From Marine Group I thaumarchaeote (GTDB taxonomy: Archaea > Thermoproteota > Nitrososphaeria > Nitrososphaerales > Nitrosopumilaceae), in assembly GCA_044358425.1 (NCBI GenBank), contig CP054849.1:1208604-1219600 (forward strand): DNA of 10,997 bases, in the 5' to 3' direction. Both the position numbers and the translations under genes were made by a program. The notes beneath the pieces were generated by a model. The model was not told where the DNA came from and did no database searches. It worked only from the letters and a program-made list of their open reading frames with translations. Shown here in pieces: positions 6,692 through 10,997 of this stretch (positions are counted from its first letter, which is position 1; every line of letters starts with the position of its first letter).

Positions 6692-7348
6692 TTACACTTT
6701 GATGTAATTTATCACAAGATGATTTTTGAGCCTCTTAACAGATTTTAGTTTCAAATTAGGCGAATTAACTATTTTGGTAAATCCCTTTCCTTCAACTAAA
6801 GAGGTGGCATCATTTCCTCCAATAAGATAAGGAGATAAAGTGATAATTAATTCATCAAAAATATTATTTTTAATAAATTCCCAATTTACTGTACCTCCAC
6901 CTTCAACTAAAATTGTTTTAATTTTTTTAGTAGAAAGTTTTTTCATTAATAATTTTAAATTAACAGAATTTTCTCCAGAAATAATTATTTCTACTGGTAA
7001 TTTTTTTAATTTTGATAGATTCGCTTTACTAATTTTTTTAGAAACAGCAATTATAGTTGGAATTTTATCACTTGTTTTAATTATTTTAGAATTTTTTGAT
7101 ATTGTACCTTTAGAATCTAAAATTATCCTTGTAGGATTTTTTCCTTTTGTATGACGTACTGTTAATAATGGATCATCTTGTAACATAGTATTCTTTCCAA
7201 TAAGGATTGCATCCACTTTTGATCTTAATTTATGCAATCTAATACTATCTTCTTGAGAAGATAACTTGGAATCATTTGATCGTGTAGAAATTTTTCCATC
7301 AATTGAAATTGCTGCACTTAAAATTATATGCATATCAGATTTTTCCAT
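6692..7348 (-). CDS. arfC: 2,5-diamino-6-(ribosylamino)-4(3H)-pyrimidinone 5'-phosphate reductase (Rib7/ArfC, RibD reductase domain only)
   Basis: AAISIDGKI, HKLRSKVDAILIGKNT..DDP.LT, P.RIILDS and ILVEGGG motifs. No deaminase domain. ATG 7348 (MEKSD) is preferred over the track start at 7366. Confidence 0.92.
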   Translation of the reverse strand: MEKSDMHIILSAAISIDGKISTRSNDSKLSSQEDSIRLHKLRSKVDAILIGKNTMLQDDPLLTVRHTKGKNPTRIILDSKGTISKNSKIIKTSDKIPTIIAVSKKISKANLSKLKKLPVEIIISGENSVNLKLLMKKLSTKKIKTILVEGGGTVNWEFIKNNIFDELIITLSPYLIGGNDATSLVEGKGFTKIVNSPNLKLKSVKRLKNHLVINYIKV

Positions 7349-8525
7349 GTACAATTTTTCCTCCAATCATTACTGCCTTGATTGTTGATTGAGATGCTCT
7401 ATGTACAATAGATGCATAAGGATTATGCATAGGTTCTAAATCTAATGCATGTTTATCAAGAAAAATACAATCAGCTATTTTTTTTGTTTGAATGACACCA
7501 ATTTCTTTTTTTAGAATTTTTCCGGCATTGACTGTTGCCATTTTAAGAATTTCTTTGGGGTCTATTCTCTTTTTTTTAATTCCCATAGTTACCTTCCAGA
7601 GATAATCCATTTCACGAAACATGTCCGGCGAATTAATCATCACATTATCTGTGCCTAATCCTAATAGACATCCAGCACTTTGCATTTTTTCAATATCAGG
7701 AATTCCTTCAGATAGTGAAGAATTGGCTCTAGGACAAATAATTATGCCTCTAGTTTTCTTAGATGTGGCATCTAGATCTTTTTTAGAAGCATGAGTCATG
7801 TGAATCAAAAAATCAGGTTTTAATGATAATGCTCTCTGAGTTTCAGATTTTCCAGTAATCCGTTTTGATTTTTGAACACTTTCTATAGTTTCAGAAGAAT
7901 GAATTGCTCGTAATTTTTTTGTTTTTGAATACGAGTTTAATACCGACGTACTATGCTCATTAGCACCACTAATACCAATTCCATCACAAATTTTTACTAA
8001 AGATGGAAGTTCAAGAGTTTTTTCCTTTGGAAAAGGGACATTTTTTTTAATTTCTGATGTGCTTTGGTGAAAATCTAGCCTTCCTAAAAGAATTGTACGA
8101 ATTGGCAAATCATCAACCGCTTTTTTAAGTAATATTGCACCATCTAGTCCCCCTTCTCTGAAATCAACAAATGTGGTAATACCTTTTTGAATCATAGAGC
8201 GACATGTATTTTTCATAAATGTTGAGAGATATTCATTAGAAGTGTTTTTCAAAATTTTAGATTTAATTCCAAACATAGGATGTATTTTTTGATTTACAGT
8301 ACTATTCAATGTAATGTCTTTACCAATTGAATCAGCGATATGCGTATGAGAATTTATGAATCCTGGGATTAGCAATAATCCTTCACAATCTATTGTATCT
8401 TTTTTTGATTTAGATTGTATGTTCTGATTAATTTTCTGAAATTTATCATCTTTAATTTGAATATCAACATTTGAAATGAAATCTAAATTTTCACCAATTA
8501 ATGCACTGATATTTTTTAATAACAT
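7335..8525 (-). CDS. Metal-dependent amidohydrolase-superfamily enzyme, deaminase-like
   Basis: LIPGFINSHTH (HxH), AIHSSE (HxxE), LIHMTH, LGTDN, MATVNAG and ADCIFLD. Overlaps both riboflavin neighbours. Confidence 0.9.
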   Translation of the reverse strand: MLLKNISALIGENLDFISNVDIQIKDDKFQKINQNIQSKSKKDTIDCEGLLLIPGFINSHTHIADSIGKDITLNSTVNQKIHPMFGIKSKILKNTSNEYLSTFMKNTCRSMIQKGITTFVDFREGGLDGAILLKKAVDDLPIRTILLGRLDFHQSTSEIKKNVPFPKEKTLELPSLVKICDGIGISGANEHSTSVLNSYSKTKKLRAIHSSETIESVQKSKRITGKSETQRALSLKPDFLIHMTHASKKDLDATSKKTRGIIICPRANSSLSEGIPDIEKMQSAGCLLGLGTDNVMINSPDMFREMDYLWKVTMGIKKKRIDPKEILKMATVNAGKILKKEIGVIQTKKIADCIFLDKHALDLEPMHNPYASIVHRASQSTIKAVMIGGKIVHGKI

Positions 8526-9271
8526 TATAATTCATAAACATCAGGTTTCTGTTTTCCTGAATCTCGTATTTCACGAATAGTATCAAGAGATTTTGTGGCT
8601 AATTTAGCTGCATCCCTACTAGTTTTAGCATTTCCAATACCACAGTTCAAAGAAATTTGGTCATCATTTTTAATTATATCAATAAAATTTTGAACAGAAT
8701 TTTTTGCATCATTACTTGCAATTACCATATAATTATCACCACCTAGAAAAAATGAAAGAGAATTTTTTTCAATGAAATATCTACCAATTTTAGAATATAA
8801 TTCAAAAACTTTTAATGAAATTTCATATGGAGAGTTATCGTTTCTTTTTGATTTTAGATCATCAACATCCAAATGCATTATTGAAACATCAAACTCTAAA
8901 CTATTATCAATGAATCCGTAGATACTATGTTCTTCATTTAATATTACACTATTTTGTTTACCGTCATATGCTTTTAGATTAGCATCAAATGGAGATTCTC
9001 CATATCCAATTGAAATAGTTAAACTAACTTCAAATGACTCTTTAACTGATTTTTGAATTTCAATATGATCATCCAGAGTAAGACCATTTGATACAACAAA
9101 GAATTCGTCTGATTTATTTAAAAATACCAAGCAATTTTTTGCAGAAAATAATTCTTGTACTTTTTTGTAAAGAGAAGCTTGTAGCATCTGTAATTCATGT
9201 TCTCTGTCACTACCTAATGTTAAAGTCCAAGGCCCATATTCAGTAATTTTTAAGATACTTAATTGGATCAT
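8525..9271 (-). CDS. gch3: GTP cyclohydrolase III (IIa, ArfA)
   Basis: YGPWTLTLGSDREHELQMLQASLY, HLDVDD, FFLGGDN and GIG motifs. Located in the riboflavin cluster. Confidence 0.93.
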   Translation of the reverse strand: MIQLSILKITEYGPWTLTLGSDREHELQMLQASLYKKVQELFSAKNCLVFLNKSDEFFVVSNGLTLDDHIEIQKSVKESFEVSLTISIGYGESPFDANLKAYDGKQNSVILNEEHSIYGFIDNSLEFDVSIMHLDVDDLKSKRNDNSPYEISLKVFELYSKIGRYFIEKNSLSFFLGGDNYMVIASNDAKNSVQNFIDIIKNDDQISLNCGIGNAKTSRDAAKLATKSLDTIREIRDSGKQKPDVYEL

Positions 9272-9273
9272 TG

Positions 9274-9684
9274 TTAAATTTTTTCCAATTCTTTTGAAAT
9301 TGTAACAAGTGCTTCGATAGCTCTTTCTGCAACAGGTCTAATTCGGGCATAAGCGTGTCTTTCTTGCATTCCAGGCCCAGTTATTCCAAGAGAAACAGGT
9401 TTTTGGTATTTTAGCGATAAATCAGTTAAGGATCTAGCTGCAGCATGAGATATCACTTCATCATGTTTAGTTTGTCCTTTAATAATAGCACCCAAAGTTG
9501 CAACACCGTCAACTTGCTGATTTTGTAACAATTTATCTACAATTATAGGCATATCATAGGCTCCAGGAACCTTACAAATATGAGATATCGTCAATTTCAT
9601 AGAATCTGCTTTTTCTTTTGCAACTTCTAACATGCGGGATGTTACCTCTTCATTAAATTCTGAAACTACAATGGCGATATTCAA
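9274..9684 (-). CDS. ribH: 6,7-dimethyl-8-ribityllumazine synthase
   Basis: IAIVVSEFN, VPGAYDMP, GAIIKGQTKHDEVI and KPVSLGITGPG motifs. TTG start with SD-like AGGTGA upstream. Confidence 0.96.
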   Translation of the reverse strand: MNIAIVVSEFNEEVTSRMLEVAKEKADSMKLTISHICKVPGAYDMPIIVDKLLQNQQVDGVATLGAIIKGQTKHDEVISHAAARSLTDLSLKYQKPVSLGITGPGMQERHAYARIRPVAERAIEALVTISKELEKI

Positions 9685-9686
9685 AA

Positions 9687-10352
9687 TTAATTCACCTTTG
9701 CATATTCCAAAAGTTCTTTTCCATCAATTAATGGAATTCCATTTTGTTTTCCAAATTTTTCTGCTTTATCTACAGATAATGCAGTATAGGTTTCTGCATC
9801 CATCATTTCGCAAATAGCTGTTACTGGAGTCAATCCTGCAGTCTTAGCCAAGTATACAGACATCTCTGTATGTCCTTGACGTGATGCCACTAACCCTTCT
9901 GATGCAATCAATAAAGGAACATGCCCTGGAGTTTTAAATGATGATGAGAATTTTTTCTGTTTATTTTCAACTTTGTAGATATTTGCCATTTCCAAAATTG
10001 TTAATGCTCTGTCTTTATCTGTAATTCCTGTGTAAGTTTGATAATGATTTACAGATAATGAGAATGTTGGATAATCACCATACGGAGCTAAACCCATTAT
10101 CATTTCTTTATTTGACATAGATGAACTAGCAAGAGTATCATGCATGTATTGTAATTCAAGAGATTTTGCAAAATTATTTTCAAGAGCAATACATAGTAAT
10201 CCACCTGCATTCTGTCTCATTCGTGCAACATGCTCAGGAGTGATAAATTCTGCTGCAACAACCATGTCAATTTCATTTTCACGTCCTGCTGAATCAAATA
10301 ATAATACAAATTCCCCACGTTTAAGAGATTCAAGTCCAGTTTCAAGTGACAT
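9687..10352 (-). CDS. ribB: 3,4-dihydroxy-2-butanone 4-phosphate synthase (archaeal type)
   Basis: D...RENEID, GLLC, TGITDKDR, F.TPGHV, RQGHTE and CEM motifs. ATG 10352 is preferred over TTG 10358. Confidence 0.96.
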   Translation of the reverse strand: MSLETGLESLKRGEFVLLFDSAGRENEIDMVVAAEFITPEHVARMRQNAGGLLCIALENNFAKSLELQYMHDTLASSSMSNKEMIMGLAPYGDYPTFSLSVNHYQTYTGITDKDRALTILEMANIYKVENKQKKFSSSFKTPGHVPLLIASEGLVASRQGHTEMSVYLAKTAGLTPVTAICEMMDAETYTALSVDKAEKFGKQNGIPLIDGKELLEYAKVN

Positions 10353-10375
10353 ATACAAAAATTATTTCAATCTAG

Positions 10376-10388
10376 GTATATAGTTTAC
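10376..10388 (-). promoter_or_regulatory. Putative BRE/TATA promoter for the ribB-ribH-gch3-amidohydrolase-arfC operon
   Basis: Minus strand GTAAA-CTATATAC, with the TATA core 24-31 nt upstream of ATG 10352. Confidence 0.55.
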
Positions 10389-10420
10389 TAAAAAATGGGT
10401 AATTACCACTATAATTGTAG
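10385..10420. promoter_or_regulatory. Two abutting 18-bp imperfect palindromes (TAC-N10-GTA), candidate operator
   Basis: TTACTAAAAAATGGGTAA (10385-10402) and TTACCACTATAATTGTAG (10403-10420). The junction forms the perfect palindrome GGTAATTACC (10398-10407). Confidence 0.45.
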
Positions 10421-10424
10421 ATAA

Positions 10425-10997
10425 TTAGGCTTGCTTTAAAATATACTTTCCAAGAATGTCAGTTTCAATATTAACCTTATCTCCAACTTTCTTAGTATGA
10501 AAATTTGTAATTTCTATAGTATGTGGAATTAAAGAGACGGATGCTAGTGTTTTTTTAATATCAACAACAGTTAAACTAATTCCATCAATTGCAATAGAGC
10601 CTTTCTTAACAACATATTTTGCTAAACTTTTTGGAACTTCAAAGTATACTTGAACTTCTTTTGGTTTTTTAACAATTTTTTTAATTATTCCAACACCATC
10701 AACATGTCCTAAAACAAAGTGACCCTCTAATCTATCACCTGCTTTCAAACTTCTTTCAATATTTACGACTCCACCAACTTTTAGATTACCAAGATCAGTT
10801 TTCTTTGTAGTTTCTTCAATCATTTCAAAAATACATTTAGATTTTGACAGTTTTGTTGCAGTAAGACATACACCATTTAGTGCAACACTTTGTCCAATTT
10901 TTAATCCCTTTACTTGTTTGCCTAAGTCAATAGTCATTTCAATTGCACTACGATTTTTTGTAATTTTTGAAATTTTATTTACTTTTCCAACTCCTTC
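10425..10997 (-). CDS. ribE: Riboflavin synthase, bacterial/eukaryotic (alpha-chain) type; 5' end outside window
   Basis: Two lumazine-binding repeats: SVALNGVCLT, VNIERSL...GHFVLGHVDG, KGSIAIDGISLT, SLIPHT and VNIETDILGKY. The frame stays open from 10937 to the window edge (EGVGKVNKISK...), so the usual MFTGI start is probably just outside. Confidence 0.95.
   Translation of the reverse strand, partial: EGVGKVNKISKITKNRSAIEMTIDLGKQVKGLKIGQSVALNGVCLTATKLSKSKCIFEMIEETTKKTDLGNLKVGGVVNIERSLKAGDRLEGHFVLGHVDGVGIIKKIVKKPKEVQVYFEVPKSLAKYVVKKGSIAIDGISLTVVDIKKTLASVSLIPHTIEITNFHTKKVGDKVNIETDILGKYILKQA

Noticed and set aside
7349-7366. Longer start for the reductase given by the ORF track
   Set aside because: It extends the overlap with the amidohydrolase to 32 nt. 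ATG 7348 gives a more typical N-terminus and overlap.
8525-9271. GGDN motif as a GGDEF diguanylate cyclase or Cas10-like cyclase
   Set aside because: GGDN is a normal motif of GTP cyclohydrolase III. The YGPWT...RE signature and the operon context confirm that assignment.
6840-10383. Plus-strand ORFs 6840-7154, 9632-9817 and 10144-10383
   Set aside because: Antisense shadows of conserved riboflavin genes.
10353-10424. FMN riboswitch upstream of ribB
   Set aside because: The spacer is only 72 bp, is AT-rich and lacks the conserved RFN sequence blocks.

Overview
Very AT-rich, gene-dense archaeal chromosome segment. NAC, Trm56, TFE, GTP cyclohydrolase III and archaeal-type RibB establish Archaea. 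Protein style and gene order point to a marine ammonia-oxidising thaumarchaeon (Nitrosopumilaceae-like; inference). Left to right: (i) a minus-strand membrane protein missed by the ORF track because it runs off the window (769 to <1), with a Zn ribbon, one TM helix and near-perfect 72-bp Cys-containing repeats; (ii) a probable A-type ATPase subunit H-like coiled coil, nac and a stand-alone PUA protein; (iii) a divergent plus-strand run of AbrB-PhoU regulator, hflX, trm56 and tfe; (iv) a minus-strand trio of an acidic-tailed hypothetical protein, a hemerythrin-like protein and a small histone-H1-like protein ending in what looks like half a SWIB/MDM2 domain; (v) a riboflavin cluster (bacterial-type riboflavin synthase, ribB, ribH, gch3/arfA, an amidohydrolase, Rib7/ArfC-type reductase). 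The best leads are the H1-like/half-SWIB candidate chromatin protein, the operon-embedded amidohydrolase as candidate for the poorly defined archaeal pyrimidine deaminase step, tandem operator-like palindromes upstream of ribB, and the repeat-bearing surface protein. I saw no rRNA, tRNA, CRISPR array or mobile element. All family assignments are by motif recognition, not database search.
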